Assembly (NCBI GenBank): GCA_026026165.1
Contig: JAPEUD010000042.1
Coordinates: 1 to 64,000 of the forward strand
Direction of reading: 5' to 3'
Origin: Sarea resinae
Taxonomy: Eukaryota
Length of the DNA stretch: 64,000 nt
The notes under the pieces are model-generated. The model was not told where the DNA came from. It saw nothing but the letters and a program-made list of their open reading frames with translations, and ran no database searches. Position 1 is the stretch's first letter, and each line of letters starts with the position of its first letter. Shown here one piece after another: positions 11,621 to 26,665 of the stretch. A program made the translations under genes and the position numbers.

Positions 11621-14337
11621 TTATATAGTGAAAGTGATGATCCGAAGGTCAGTGCCTGCCATGACGTCCATCCAGTCAACGTGGAATGAGTGCCCGAAAG
11701 CCACGAAATTCTGATTCTGGCGCTCATGAACTTCCTGCAGAAGATATCTGGCTATCATCGCATTGCGCCCTACATCTTCATTCTCTAGAGACCTGATCAG
11801 ATCAAGGGCCAGCATCTTTTTCTCCGTCGAAGAAGCCGCAAAGCCAGCCATGAACAGAGCACAGATGATCCACTTGAACTCATAACGCTGGCGATCCACA
11901 ACAAATTGTGCTTGCCGAAGCAACTCAGAGACACATCGATCAATCTCGCCTTTGGCATCACCGTCAGTATCGAGCCGTTGAGAGGACCACATGCTTGTGT
12001 GTGAATAAATGAGACAGACACGGTATAACGTATAGGTCTGTAGCGCGTGGTAAGAGTCGGTCCGCATTTACGATAGGAGAAAAGGACTTACATGGTTTAA
12101 CAAAACTTGTGCTTGACGCGGAAGTCGCTCAAAGCTCAACCAGTCGGGATCCAACAACCAATGTGGTTTTTCTGTTGCCCAGGACCGCCTCAGCTCCTCC
12201 TGCAGCTGTGAGACTTGTCCTCCCATCAGCATGCGCTGATCATGCCCGTATACCCCTTGGTCCCCGTCAACGGAACGTTCTTGAGACTCTTCATTACGAA
12301 ACTTTCCAGCCAGTCGACCTACCCGAGCGGCCAGAAGAACGATTTTCCGTTGGAATGCAGAGATCGAGTAGAGCAGGTCAAACTCTTCTTGAGATATTTG
12401 ATTCTTCCTGGAAAGCGTCTCTAGATGGAGCGTTTCCTTCGGCGAAGGTACAAGGTTATTAGCCAATAACGTGTGGATGTACTCTCCGTGCCCTGTTCCA
12501 CTCAAAGAAGCATACACATCCATAACACACAACCACCAAATGAGATGTGGGTAGGGCTCGTGCCCAAAACGGTCATGCCGCAATAACGTTATCCTTAGCA
12601 GATGCTCGAGATGGCCAGACCAGAGGTTGGAGGCGCCTTGATCTGCCGCCAATATCTGGACCCAATCAGTCTCGCAGTCTTGTAATGGGAGATTTCCGGA
12701 TATTACCTCATATATTAAGAGAAGGAAATGGGTTAAGAAGGGCCCGTCTGATGAAAGATCCTCTTTCCCCTTCATGGTCGATTTCAAGGATGGCAATGCT
12801 TGGTCATAATGTTGTAAAGCATCTAAGCATTGCCTCCCTTCTTGACGATCCAAACTCAAGGCAGACAGGGCCATCATAGCATGGTATACCTAGCGCGGCC
12901 GATAAGCATAAGCTGCTGGTCTAAAGTCGAGGCGATTTAACACGTACAGCAGGGGAATTCATCGCGAGTCTCTCGAATATATCTATACCCGCTGTACCGC
13001 TAGTATCTGGCATCCTGGGACTGTAGCCGCCAATCTCAATATATAGCGGTCGAATAGAGCTACGATAGTGCTCTAGCAGTACTGCTTCTCGATTGCTAGG
13101 CATTAGAGGTTCAGTCAGGTTTCCCTTATCATATGTGCTACAAGCGCCTAGCTCCCATAATAGGGGACTCGAGGGGCGAGAAGGCGAGACCGAAGGAGAG
13201 GTCGAAGACTGGAGTTGCGAAGGCAGCCTGGCAAAGCTGTGGTTGACGTCCTCGAACTTTTCCAAGATAACCACGTGGGGATCTGGGAAAGAGTTGCACC
13301 TAGAGTCGTGATCGATATCTTGTCGACTGGCGGGCTTCTTATCATCAAGGAGGTTTTGAACCTCGTGTGCTATCAAGCCCTCTTCGCTGTACTCTGGAAG
13401 CTGAGAAAAACTGGCTGGATTTACAACTATGTGAAATGTGCCTGGATCCCACAGAGCTGCCTTTCTTTCGCGGTCAATGTCGTTCGTCAATTGCGCAAAT
13501 GGTGACAGGTAGTCTCCGAATGAAAGTGTCTGAGGGCGTGCTCTGTCCTGGGACTGGTCAATCAGCAGATTAGCAGTAAGTCGTTGCGAGGTAAGTGTAA
13601 GACCGTCGCTCTTGACCGTCAGTCATGAGGGCCGGGCGCAACAGTGGGCTTATGACCCAGCAGCATGTATACTACTGATGTTACAGCCGATGGCTGTCCA
13701 GCTCGATCATTCCCATCCGGTCTGTTTCTATGAGCCGTCTCGCACAAAGGCCCTCATGGTCTTCAGGCATGATCTCACAAAGCGCTCGATACTGTTTTCA
13801 CACACCTGATGTTCTATCCCAAACCGAACTGCCTATCGTTACTACCTCGTGCATCTTCTCCACGATACGGAGCGTATCATTGCGGAAGGTCAGCCGAGGA
13901 CTGTAGTCGCATCGAATGCTTAGTCGAACACATTGCTGGAGGGTCGTTCAGCAATCTCGTCTCTAGTGTTCATCATCGGAAAGATATGCTTACAGCACAG
14001 GTCGGTCGTTCCTCCGAGCATTTGATTCGCTCAAGGCCTTCAGCAAACGGTGTATCGCGTGCACCCGAAGATCAGAACTCACCCGATCACGACAAGTCCT
14101 GGGCAGCGAGACATTATTATCAGATTGAGAGCGTTAGAAGTGCGGGGTCACTTACCAACATCCAGTCCTGGAACGTGGAGGAAGTCGAGCCCTAGGAAGA
14201 ACACATGCTACGGCATTCGCACTTGGCCCATGTTGTGTTGACGCCGACGCAGTAATACTCTCGCTCTTGGGAGCTATGGCTGGCAGAGCGCTCTTCTGTT
14301 TCCGTGCCAGCTCGGGTCCTTTCCTACTAATGTGCAT
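11621..14337 (-). CDS. Zn(II)2Cys6 transcription factor with Fungal_trans_2-like C-terminal region
   Basis: Splicing gives RSRTGCWTCRDRRIKCSEERPTCAQCVRLSIRCDY. Later exons include ALQHYDQALPSL...FLTHFLLLIYE and LIWWLCVMDVYASLSG. The start codon is uncertain. Confidence 0.88.
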
Positions 14338-16226
14338 CTGCAACAGGGTCGATCCTCAGCAGGACCTCCTAAGGTAGGATGATGCACCTTTGCAGGCTGG
14401 TCATACACGATCAGACCCAGGTACTCGGTAGCGCCAGGCGTCTAATGGAAAGCAGGTAACAATAGCAAAGTGAATTTCGACGTGTGCACACTTCTGGGTT
14501 GGCTGCAAGTCTGCAATCTCATTTGCAGATATTGTTATCGATTGGATCAGGTCGGTCGGCTACCTAAGGGAATCGAAAGTATCAATCAAGCCTGATTGAT
14601 GCAACGGAATCGACACAGGTACACACAGGTATGAGTTTCTCCTTAAAGACGGCTACCTTAGTTGGAGCCTATTGCCTTGTCGTTCCTTACCTGGATCTTG
14701 AATATCCGTCTGCGAAGGGGGACAACTTATCCAGTAAGGCCGGATACGAGCAGCTGGAGATGCGTTTTCGTGCTCTACTAGTCTGATCTACAAGTTCTCC
14801 TATCCGTTTTGCATACTTTTACCTACCTTACCTACCTACTAAGGTACCTACTAAGAGTATTATTCTCTAACATTGATATTGCAAGTGGAAGGCGTAGCTG
14901 ACTCTCTATCTGCAATTTACCAAAATATGGTGCTTTTTATTGTGTTGAGAAAGTCAAGCCTTTCGGCCTCTCGATACCTCATACGTTATATACTCTTGGA
15001 AATATTAATGGCTCTATACCTTGAAAGGTGTCAAAAGGAGTATCTACCTTCTGACTTCTTTGCGCAAAAGATTGGAATTGAAAATTCCCGCTTCTCTGGA
15101 TGAGAGGTATTTTTTCTCCGTTAACGTCTGCTGTACTTGATCGCCTTTACTGTTAAGTTGCCACGGTGCCAAAACGTTGCTGGGGATACTGAATATCTGG
15201 CTAGAATCTTGACGTTATTGCTGTCCTAAGGGTGTAGCGTTGAACCTCTGGTGGCTCTTTCCATGGGCGAGAAGACCATTCCTTTCGCAGTGTTGCAGCT
15301 AAAGTAGCCATCTCTTATACCATGTATCTATCGACCATGATATTGGAGGTAGATCTACCGAACGCGGTGCATACTTTCCGGTAGGCGCGAGTTTTGAGTC
15401 GGACATCCATGCCAATAGCTCCCTTGCAAATGGAGCGTTGAGTGTTGCTTAACCCTCGAACGCCTAGGTCAATCCCCTGAAATGGCTTGAGTAGTACGGA
15501 ATACATTTCAAGATGCGTCCCTTTGCGTAGTCGCTGAGCGAAAAAATCTGTGGTGCGGGTCATGACTCGGAATGAAGGTTAGAGCAGAACAGACACTTGG
15601 GCTTCAGGTGGAAGTGCAGAAGAGTACCCATTATGGGCTGGTTTTAATTACTCTAGAGGAAATCTATCGCATTCTATCGTAACACGAATTTGCCTCAAGG
15701 ATGGACGGCCCACGTCTCTAGAGTTTAATAAGACTTGTGTGTTCAACCACACTCGAAAGATGATTGTCAGATCCCAAGTGAGTCCTGAGATCCGATCCAA
15801 GCCAACTGCTAATAGCGAACACAAGAAGTATTGACAATATCATTGGCGGCATTCCGCCTAGTCGTTCCGATTTTACAAGCAACATTCTCTTCTGGTGTAC
15901 CTGGGGTCGCCGAATTTGGTGCTAAATTTACCGCTTGATATAGCGGCACAATCAAGGAAAGTTTATCGCCAAATGAGAGCAATCAGACTGGACTGCTGGC
16001 ATGACTATTGCAAGGGTAGATTCCAGTTTGTTACTGCCGCAATAACCATGGAGAAAGAACGTGCTTTCCAGATTTGGTCGCTGTTAAGATCCCGAAGAAA
16101 TCCTGAAGACTCGGGCTTCAAGCGGCAGGCTTCCCGTGACCAGTATTTACAGTCCACAAAAGGGTGTATTTTGTCTTGAACCTTTCCTTCGTCAGGTCCA
16201 TACTGCTAATTAAACTACTTAAGTTG

Positions 16227-19200
16227 TTACGTTGCGAGCATCTTTGCGGCAGAATCTAAGGTATTCTGTACGGAGCTTGACCTTTCCCGAACTCGGAAAG
16301 CTGCGATACCTTGTTGAAGGCAGGATCGAAGGACCGGCTTGGCGTCCGAAACCTTAGCTAAAGCCAGGATACAATCCGCTTTCTTTTGTCGGACTGGTTC
16401 CGTCGCTTCGATCAACTGGAAGAGCCCCTCCGAGAACCCGACAAGAATTTTTTCCAGATCATTTGAGATGACTATAGAGACTCGCGAGTCGCTTCCCAGC
16501 TTCTCGAAAAGGGTTATTTCTCCATCCAAGATAGCATTGTATATGGTTGTTGACTTTTCAGAGCTTGCTTGCTCTGTTTTCTGCAGTATCTGGGCCAGAA
16601 TGGGGATGATGTCTATTCGGTGTGATGAGTTCCATGTGATCTTATTGCTGGTGAGCTAGCTCGACGTACCTGGACCTTGAATTTGACGTGGATTCACGGA
16701 TCGGAAAAGAGCCTTTATCCCCTGGGCAATGGTAGTCTCGTTCCTGTAAGCATCGTAAGCTGAAGCTACTCAATACGATCTAATTTGTAAAGATGGACCT
16801 ACAAGCGAGTTGTGGAAGGAAACCCCGCGCTTCCAGTATCAGAGTCTATGACCATTCTGTCGGTGTCTATAAGTTCGTCAATGATTGGGGCGACAATGTC
16901 GTACACGGCTTGAGACATGTCCACATCATCCCGCACTTCGGAAAAACAGCCCAGGCTTTCTAATGCGAAGGGACGGTATATAGCATTTTGCCGTTTGGCT
17001 TCTCGATAAATGATCTAGCCCAACATTAGTAGAAGCCCTATTATCATGGGATGGTTGGGGCACTCGAATGAAGTGAAAATGGCCTCTACCTTCTGCATAT
17101 GGTCTGCAATTTTAGAATCATTCCTCCAGAATCGTTGCTCATTTTGTGCGAACAAAACAAAAGCCTTCAGCACAATTTCTTTCCCTTCCCATGACTTACC
17201 CCCAACTGCTTTATCTAAAGCAGGCCAGATCTTGTCGGCATTTGACAGGCCTATATCTTTACCACATAGTGTCACCGCACCTGCAATCGCCAAGGCTGAA
17301 GTCTGCTTCACTACATGCCGAGTCGATTCAAGGTAAGATGATGCAAGGTCGACTATTTCTGGAAGATAGAGAAGGACGGTTCGAGAGCCTCCAACATTGT
17401 CGGACCACGTCGTTTGAAAGCGTTCTTTGACCTGTTCATGAGAGTCATGCTTCGCTATGAAAATGAAAGGGACGAAGTCTGAGGCAAGCGCGGCGAATCG
17501 GTCGGTCGAGCTTTTGAGCGCATCAGCCTCTGAAATTTAACGAGACAAAGGCGGATTTGCTCTCTCGCCAACGAATAAGTTTTTTTAAGCAAGGATTACA
17601 CTCACTACTTCGCAATTGCTTCTACTATCTCGCCAGAGATTATACGATTACGATCATCTGTTCATGACCTTAGCATACCCCAATCGAAGCACGGAGGAAC
17701 AAGGAGACACGGACCCTCGGATGTGAAATAAAGCTTTTTTGCAAATATAGCCATCTTTGATATCTGTGAATCCGATGCTAATCTCGCGAGATAGCCAGCA
17801 GCCATAGCATAGGAGCTCGAGACTGTTTCGTTGCGGTCGAAGACTTGCTTTTCGACAAGCTGTAAAAATCTGTCCGCGTGAGGTCGGAACAGAAAGCTAT
17901 GGCGAGTACTGAGAGATACGAGCACACGACTACATCCGACCTAAAGCGCAGGTAGAGCATCAGCCAGTCATGTTGCGTGAGACTTCTCAGAGTCCTCATA
18001 TTGTATACAAGAACCATGCCTCGCTTACCTTCGAAGGGAGGCCGACGGCACTTTTGATGGCCTTTTCTAAGGTCGCACAGGTCTCTGTCATCGTATTCTG
18101 ATCTAAGGCATCTAGGCACATCTCGACAGCCTCCATCATTGGAGATGCTCGTATACTAGAAAGTCGCATGTCATCGATCTAACGAAAATCAGCGAATAGT
18201 CTCTTCCTCTAAGAACGACCGATACGACCTTCTGCTCTGTCAGATTATATTTTGAGGCATTCAGATGAAGGTAATTGATCTCTTGAGGTTCCAGCGAGCT
18301 GAGCAGCCCGAGAAGCCTCTCAGTAAGCTCGGGCGTGAATGGACGGAGGACCTTGCCACTGCTCTTCTTTATTATTTGCAGTAGCGCATCTAAGAAGCGT
18401 CAGCGACCGCGCGAACCTGATAATCGCCCCATGTCTCCAATAGCTTCATTGGCAGTCTAGAGATATAACAGACCGTGTCGCTGAAGGATTCTGATGATTT
18501 CCACAACTTGCAAGAATGGGGGCGAACAGGAGCAGGTCCCAGGGGACACAGCAGAGCAAGTGACAGCGGAAGAGAGATTTGATCTCTTAAAGGGGCCTTA
18601 CCTATGGCGAATGCTTGGACCTCCTGTGCGCTTGACTCCATCTGAGACAGAAGAAAAGGCATGACTTTTTTGAGCAAAGATTCAGAACCTTTTCCTGACG
18701 ACTCTCCACCTTCCAGGCTCCGAATTATGATGTTCGTCAATACGCGCGCCAATGCCATGGCAGCCGCGCGGACAGATTCCTTGATGTCGTCAAGGACTTT
18801 GAAGCTCGTACTCCAAATCTGGTCGAGATATTTTTCGTACTATGGTGCCATTTGGCAGTTAGCCTGAGACTTGGCCGCTTGAGAGAACATATCCCACCTT
18901 CTCTAACGGTCTACCTTGCACCAGATCAGCAATGGCAGCACAGCTGGCTTGTCTAACACGCCATTCCCTGCCGATCACGCTCTTCAGGAGATCTTGAATT
19001 ATAGCATCAAAATGATCAGTCAGGGTAGCAGTCGGGTCCTTCACCAAAGCCACCCAGATGTCATTCATCGCCCTCTGCACATTTGGATTGGGGTCGAACC
19101 GATATCTAAAAAGTTTAGGATATAGTTTCGGATTCTGTGCGAGATATCCATTGGTGGTCGACTCGGAGAGTATGTTGCTCAATCCGAAGCGGCCAAACGC

Positions 19201-22200
19201 AGCGCGGCTAGACCATAAGGCATTATTCGAGGCCAACGACATGAATCGGTATACTAGACTCGGATCGCCGACTTCTGACGCAAGACTCATAATCTATATT
19301 AGGTTAGCTATATTAAAATTAATAGCGGAACCAATACATGCATCTTTGTAAGTTGTTACAGAGCCTTCTCCTGTAGGAAGAGCTCCAGGTTCGAAAAGCT
19401 CCGTTTCATCCGTGACGTTGCCTGAAAAACTTGAACCGCCCCCAGTGAAGGAGCTGACGAGATCCCGTACTAGTTCATCCTAGGCCCTGTCAGAAAGGGA
19501 TCTTCCATCAGTCAGGAGAAGAGACTTGCCTTAAGTTGCCGGTCGCCCTTGTCGTAGACCAAAGCAAGGCCTCGGGAAGCTGATTCTTGGACTAAATCGT
19601 CCCGATCCCCAAGAAACACTTTGAAGATTTGTTGGCAACGAGTTAGGTTCTCCTGTATTTCTGTGGTATGACTGCAGTGCTGTATGAGGCATAGGAGCCA
19701 GATTACTGATGCCTATTCCTGTAAGCCACTGGAGAAGATGGAAAGAAAAATGAGTACGCCAACTCACTTTCCTTAGTGCTGGCTTGGTGTTCTTGCAGTA
19801 TTGTAAGACTCGCTCCAATGTCTCTTTGAGAGTATTTTCCCTGGGAGCTGCGACAGGCTGAGACCCTTCGATGTCTAGCGCAGCCATCAAGGATTTCGAG
19901 CTCCAGCCGATAGCAGCACAACTCAAAGCATCCCCAACTGCAAAGTGTATTTCAGGCTGGCGCACTTCGTGCAATGAATAGAGCTGATCCAGAATTTGAT
20001 GAAGCATGTCCGGGCCTTCAACTTTTTCATCGAAGATCATTGCAAAATGACCTAATGTAATGATGGCCCGTTCTTCACCCAATCGTGCTTTCCTCGAAAG
20101 CGATTCAATAATTGAAGCCACAGGAAGCAATTTTTCGACGCTATCAGGGCTTACAATTGAAAACAAGCTTAGCTGATCAATGGCTAAGTAAGAAGCCTCT
20201 AGCAGTAGACTGTCCCGCGAATCGACTAGAATATGCAAAACCTGGGTGAGAAAGACCTGAATCGGTGGAAACGATTCTAATTTGCGCTTGCGATATGAAA
20301 GCCTACTGTAAAAGTATGCAAGGGCAATGATCGCACCATGAGTCTTATTGACATCTGAACCGACAGCCTCTTTCCAAGAGCTGGCTGTATTTAGCAGTAC
20401 GTTTAAGGGGCCTAGCAAGGACTCTTGAGAGCAAGCATCGTGAGATGACAGCACTCCGAAGGCATGTGCGGCGGCAATCCGCGTTGTGTGTCTATTGGAG
20501 AAGATAGGCCGCACCAAGGCTGGAGCTCGTGCTGCCAGAGTACGGATAGTGTTGTCCGTGCTTAAACCAGAAATCTCTGCAAAGTATTCGCCACATTTAT
20601 CAATGCCCTCTCCGTGGTTCCATGTCAGCCCTTCGAAGCACGCTGAAAGGTAAGTCAACAGGGCTCTGGAATTGACTCCACCATTTCTGGCATCTAGAGC
20701 ACTCAAATACTTCTTCATACCCTGTCGAGCCTTGAAATCGGTAGTCGTGGCAGCGTCAACCCTCTGTTCCCAATCGGCGTCGACAGTCACTGGGACTGTG
20801 GAAGAAGCCACTGCCTGGGTTATGAGAACTCGTCGACAGTAGCCTAGAGCGAATGCAAAAGCGTGAATTCGAGGGCCACGAAAGTGACGAAAAAGTGAAG
20901 TACCCTCTATCTCTGTAGAATTCTGATCGGCGAGATTCCCGAAAATGTACTGAGTAAGCTCAGCAAAATCTGGGAACTGGAACCTTGGTTCAGTTTCGGA
21001 CTGGTAGCCAGGTGAGGGAGCCTCATGCTTTCCAGAGTTGATATTCCTGTACCAGTAAGGGTCTAAGCCGCGTTTGCCCTCTTCGATGACCTCGTTTCTC
21101 TCGTCAACTCGACTTCCGATAGCCAGAAGGTCTATCCATCTGGCGGTGACATCTCTGTAAGGGAGGCATCTGTTGGCAAAACGAACAGAAACGAAGCGGG
21201 TGCTTCGGCGGACTTCCGATGAGGAATTCAGGTCTAGTTCCATGTGGTGTAGAAGTAGTGACCGTAAGCTTCCTTCAACATCAACATCCAAGCCACCGCT
21301 GAGAGGTCCAAGGATACTTCCTAGAGCCTCCTCAATGCTCAACGAGACGTTTCCGCCCCAAGATTCTTCGCTGAGAGATCGGAACAACCATCTGACAAGG
21401 TCAATATTAGGATCCATCAATAACTTCTTCGGGCTCGCTCTGGCTAGCAGGCCGATTGTCTCGTAAGCATACCCACGGAGAGGCAATTCAGCTGTTGAGC
21501 GAGCATCTCGTGTATTAAGGTTCGGCCATCCTTGATTCTCAATGTAACGGATGAGCTGTGAGACAAGCTCTGGCGCAACTGTTTCTAAATCGGACTCATC
21601 TCCCATCCGAACCACCCAAGTGATGAAGGAAAAGATAGTTGAACGAAGCTTTGAAGCCTCTCGTCCGAGGCTTGCGGTGGAATATTGCTCAGCCTCATTC
21701 GCTTCAGAAGGCATGATTCCTTCGCGGACAAGTCGCCTGATACTGCCAGTAAATTCAGAAGCTTTGACCGACTTAGACAGAAGCATCAGTATCCTGATTT
21801 TCAGGGCAGGAAGGACTGCTGGAGGCCCTTCGGGGCTTTGACTTCCGAAGTACATTGCAAACATGGTCTCTACAAGAGAGCCATCTTCCAACGAGATTTT
21901 TGCCAATGAGCGTTTCAGGATGTCTTCTCCAATATCAGAAATGAGAGAATTTGAATCGGCTGCCGCTATAAGAGCAGGGAAAAACCGCTCCTCTTCAGTA
22001 AAAGCTCCACTACGTATGAAGTTCAGCACTGCGATCTTAGTCTCTGTCAGGTTCAATCCCTGGTCTGCACTTGGATTCCACGTGTCTTGCTTCCTTTGCA
22101 GCGTGAGAAAATCATAGTCTTGCACAGAAAGGCCTGGACAGGTCGGCTTAGCAGATTCAGGGACAGTCGGCACTGATGACCGCGAGAGGGCCAATAACAC

Positions 22201-23067
22201 TACTTTCCCGCACCAATACGCTATGAAATTGGCATCCCCTTGGCGGTCGCTCAATCCAAGCCGTTCTCGGAGCTCAAGATCTTCTTTGCTTCCTCTTGGA
22301 GGAAGCGAAAGGTAAGGCAATAATCTGAGAAAGAGATTGAAGACCCTTGAGCCGTGGGCTGCGGAGTTCGACGCATCTGCCGCTAAGCCATGGATCACGA
22401 TAGGAAGTAATTCAATACGCTCGTTGACAGGTAAACGACCTAAACCCTGCTGTATGTAGAGTAAATCAAAGTGACGCACTAAAGGAGATGCAGGCTGGGA
22501 CTTGAATTGTTGTAGTAGAGCCAAGACCGGCAATTTGATGGAACTGTGTGCACCCAGTCAGACAAGACTTGCTGGGTTGAAGGCATGTTGGTCGGGCACT
22601 TCATGGTCTTTCTGAGGGAAAGGCTCCAATCATGACTTCATTCGCACTGCAATCCCTCTTGATCTCAAGTCATACAAAAAGGGAAGAAGATACATACGGA
22701 GGCTTGATGCGGGTGTTTATATGTTGACATACGGAGATAACCTAGGAAGGGAAACGTGTTAGACATCCATGATCACCAACTTGAGAAAATGTCCAGCCAA
22801 GGTAGAGAGCTTGTAGAGAATGAAGCCCTGTAACTCCTAAAATATGGAAGGATAGGTAGAAAATGGGCATAACGAAGAGATTCCTCTTACCTTATTGCGG
22901 ACGCTCACGTGCTCAGAAGCTAGCTTGAGCAGTAACGGAGGTAGAAAGGTCTTCAAGATAGATTCGAATTTCGAATCCGTATCGGCCAAGGCTACTCGGA
23001 GCTCTACTTTGCCCACCAGGCTCAGCTCTCTGGCCTCCGTGGATTCTGGGACCGCTGGGGCGGACAT
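16227..23067 (-). CDS. ECM29: Proteasome adaptor/scaffold Ecm29 (HEAT repeats), multi-exon
   Basis: ELSLVGKVELRVALAD...FLPPLLLKLAS at the N-terminus; LVYRFMSLA...SRAAFG, LYPKLFRYRFDPNPNVQRAMNDIW and EWRVRQASCAAIADL internally. Confidence 0.95.
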
Positions 23068-23870
23068 TTTGGCTGTCGTGAGGTTCAATTCATAAGACTC
23101 TGGTAACAAGGTAAGCAACTTTAGCGAAAACAACTTGCTCTTCCAACAGAAATGAAACTCCTCATCATTGAATTATTGAGGCACGAAGCATGAGGTAAGG
23201 CGGGTAGGTAAGGTAGACAGCGTATGGTAGCAGACTCGGGAGAGGACCTCGACTACCCAAGTAGCTAACGTAATTTACTAGGCAGATAAAGTACCTGGGG
23301 TAGGCACTCATCAGTGGCGCGTCGTGATGGCTTGCCATTGTCATCTACGAAGTGCCTAGGTACCTCCTACTGTACTCCGTACTCGTATCAATTCAGTGCA
23401 GCGGGTGTTGTAGTACTGAGGTGCAAGAGTAGAGAGGTACATTGGACTGCGACCTCATCCATGGATGTAGTTGTACGCAGTACTGTACGAGTGATTCTAT
23501 GAGAAGTGTGGTATCCTCCACTTACCTTTATACTGAGTAGTAGCCTTTTGAGAGCTATCCATCTTACCCACTCCATGCTACCATTACTACGAAGCATACC
23601 CTAGCGCCTCAGGTACAGCAATTAGTAAGTACCTAAGGTACCTTAGTAGGCACTTGACCTCAAAATGATAGTCCGCTCTAATCAGAGTTCCATGACGATC
23701 ATTAATATTAATGCTTCAGCCCAACTGATTCTTTGATTCTCCATGAGAAACGCCGATTAATCGTCTCCCCAAGCACTGTATATGCAATGCGACCAGAGAT
23801 GCCCCCATCACATGGTATTCGATGTATGATTTGTATAATTCGGGCTCGGACTGACTGGATCATCCAATCT

Positions 23871-25533
23871 CTATATAAATTTGATCGGTTCAAGTCGGTC
23901 CTCTACAGGCTGCATTATCTGCTGCAATTTGATTGCAATATCATCGACATCTGACCAAACCCGTAGTAGGTTTGCTCCCACAACCTTTGCAGCATCGCTA
24001 TCACTGATTCCTGCCCGTAACATCTCCGCAACCAACATCGGGAACTCTGACACATCTTCCAGCCCCTTTGGCGTACTCAGAATGCCATCGAAGTCTGTAC
24101 CAATGCCCACATGATCGTATCCAATAAGAGCCCCAATATGCGTTATATGCCGGACCACTTGTTGGATAGTCGAGTTAGGCGGGTAAAAGTCCGGAATTCC
24201 AGAGGTTGAATCAGGTGAAGGAACACAGGAAATGAAATCCGGGGCGATGTTGACCATAACGAGAGAGTTGGTCTTTTTCACAAGATGCAAGATGTTGTCC
24301 GGCACATTACGGGGATGCGGACACACGGAGTATGCTGAACTATGGCTGAATATGATGGGGGCTAGGCTTCCGTTCCAATGATTTTCTGGATCGCCGTTCA
24401 GAACGTCGAGCATGGTGTTCTGGCTGACGTGCGCGAGGTCTACTATCATTCCCAGTCTGTTCATTTCGCGGACCACGTCCCTGCCATCTTGACTCAACCC
24501 ACCCCAGTGTGGAGTTGAGGCGACAGTTCTGCCATCGGCATCCGTAACCACCGCTGCGTCTGCAAACCGATTGTGGCAATTGTGAGTCAAAGTAGAATAA
24601 CGGACTCCGAGACGGTGATATAAGCGGAGCGTAGAGAACGAATTGCCGATTTGGTGAAGCCCTTCGATGGCGAGCGGAGAAATCAACTGATGCTTGCGGA
24701 AGGCAGTAAGCGCTGTCGTGCTATTCCCAGGTTGTGAGAAATAGTCAGGATAAGCGGCCTGGAGGCGCTGCAGAAGGTCCAATTGAGAGATTGTTGCGCG
24801 AACAGCTTATACAATCAGCTTGTTTCACGTCTGGATTGGAGAGCTTGGAGACACAGATTGTAGATGGAAAGTAGATAGTCAAAGCGAGATGTCGAGAGAC
24901 GACTAATGGAGATCATGGCAGGCCATCCGAGCGACTACAATCAAGGGAAAGGTCTTTACAAAAACCAAAAGCAAAGGTAGCGTACCTTCTGCGTAGTTTT
25001 CATCGGAGAAATCGGTCCAATTCTTGGGACACTCGACAAAGGCGCTCCAGAAAGCGCCACCAGCTTTCCCTTCTCTGAGACGAGGCAAGTCGACGTGAAA
25101 ACCGAGCCCGCCCTTCTCGAAAGGGTCTGTGAAGTTTTTGGAATAGATACGGTTACCATAGAGATACCGTACTACGATGGCAAGATCGTTGTGACCGTCT
25201 GAGAGAACAAACCCTGGCATGATTAGAATAGGTTTCCCATAGATTGAATCATCATGGAAATTGAATCATCATGGAGATTGGACCTATCAGGGGAGTCATA
25301 GACAGAATCCTGTCCGCCCTCTCTTCGATAGTAGCCCGGTTGAGCTCAATATCAGACGTGCACGAACTAGAACGCCAGACGATGATCAATGCGAAGGAAC
25401 ATAGGACCGAAGCAACCACAGCCTTCATGACGCGGCAAAAACATGACTTGATCTTCGACCCACGAGGAGCTGGTGCACCAGCATTGCGAGGAAAGCCAGT
25501 TGATAATATCAAAGAGGTCTTCTCAGGTGCCAT
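23871..25533 (-). CDS. Membrane dipeptidase (peptidase M19) with N-terminal signal anchor
   Basis: PLI|DGHNDL, HVDLPRLREG, AIEGLHQ, TLTHNCHN, EMNRLGMIVDLAH, FSHSS, HPRNVPD, HVGIGTDFDG; two introns. Confidence 0.93.
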
Positions 25534-26665
25534 ATTGTACAGGCTGGAGCGAAGCTGAAACAGGTGGACGAATGAGCAATGGAACAGTTTGGGACAGACT
25601 GAGAAGGCTGGTTGTCAAGCCACACCCTTGAGATAGCTTGCTCAGTGATGTGGATTATCCATGTAAAGGATTCTGCAGGCTTTCGCGTACGCGTACTGTG
25701 TACGAAAAACCGAGGGAACCAGCTTCAGTACGAACTACCTACTGGGGAGGTACCTAGACACATATCAAGGTACTGCGCAGTACTCTGTAGGTAGGTATTC
25801 GTAGAATGGAATTGTCCCGGTTGGACCCCTGAAATTCATCAGCCGTCATCTCGCCAGAACGGGGAAAGTACCTGCCTTCCATTAAGGTGAGGTTGTGAAG
25901 TGCGAAGTATCACAGTACCTCCGTACTCCGTACATTCCCTCAAGATTTGCTTGAGACGGGAGTACTCACTACCTCTCAATGCGACATCGTATTGCTCATC
26001 TCGCCTGGTCTATTATTATCCCCAAGTATCTCCACATGGCCAAGACGTGCCAGGAGTACGACAGCTACCCGATACAGTAAGGTACCTAACCCGTATTGAC
26101 TACCTATCACTTACCCTACGTTGCGCCTTGGGCGAATACCTTACTACTACTGACTTGACTGTTTGAGATTCGGAGAGAGCGATTCGATTGTTTGATGAAT
26201 GTGATGAACTACTGAAGAAGCTGCAACTGACCGCTAAGGACAGCTGTCCACCGCATCTATTCATACCTGCTCTTCTCACATAAATCCTCATCACGGGAGC
26301 GTGGACTTCGCTCCTCCTTTGTTACGTGCCAACCACGATCACGTCTACCTTCTCTCTTTCTCTCTTCGGCTTCGTCTCTTGCTGTTAGCATCGGCTGCGG
26401 TCTTCTGCGATCTTCTGCGCCATCGTCCATCGTCGCTTGGTTCCTTGACGATTATGAGAAACGTCTGCATAGATACGCTCGTGACGCCGTAAGACAAGAT
26501 CCTTATGCGATTCAGACCTGCCGACCGGACGCTCTTTCAAATCTGATCGCGGAGTGGAACGACGCAGATCGACGAGCTTGCTGGCCGTCGCTTCACTAAT
26601 CATCACTTCTCCGTCGCTACCTTGATCGTGCCCCTAGCACAGCCTGCGATCGCGACACCGGCACT

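Noticed and set aside
23871..25533. Dipeptidase as a GliJ-like marker of an ETP toxin cluster
   Set aside because: No NRPS, P450, GST or methyltransferase nearby; it has a membrane anchor and housekeeping neighbours.
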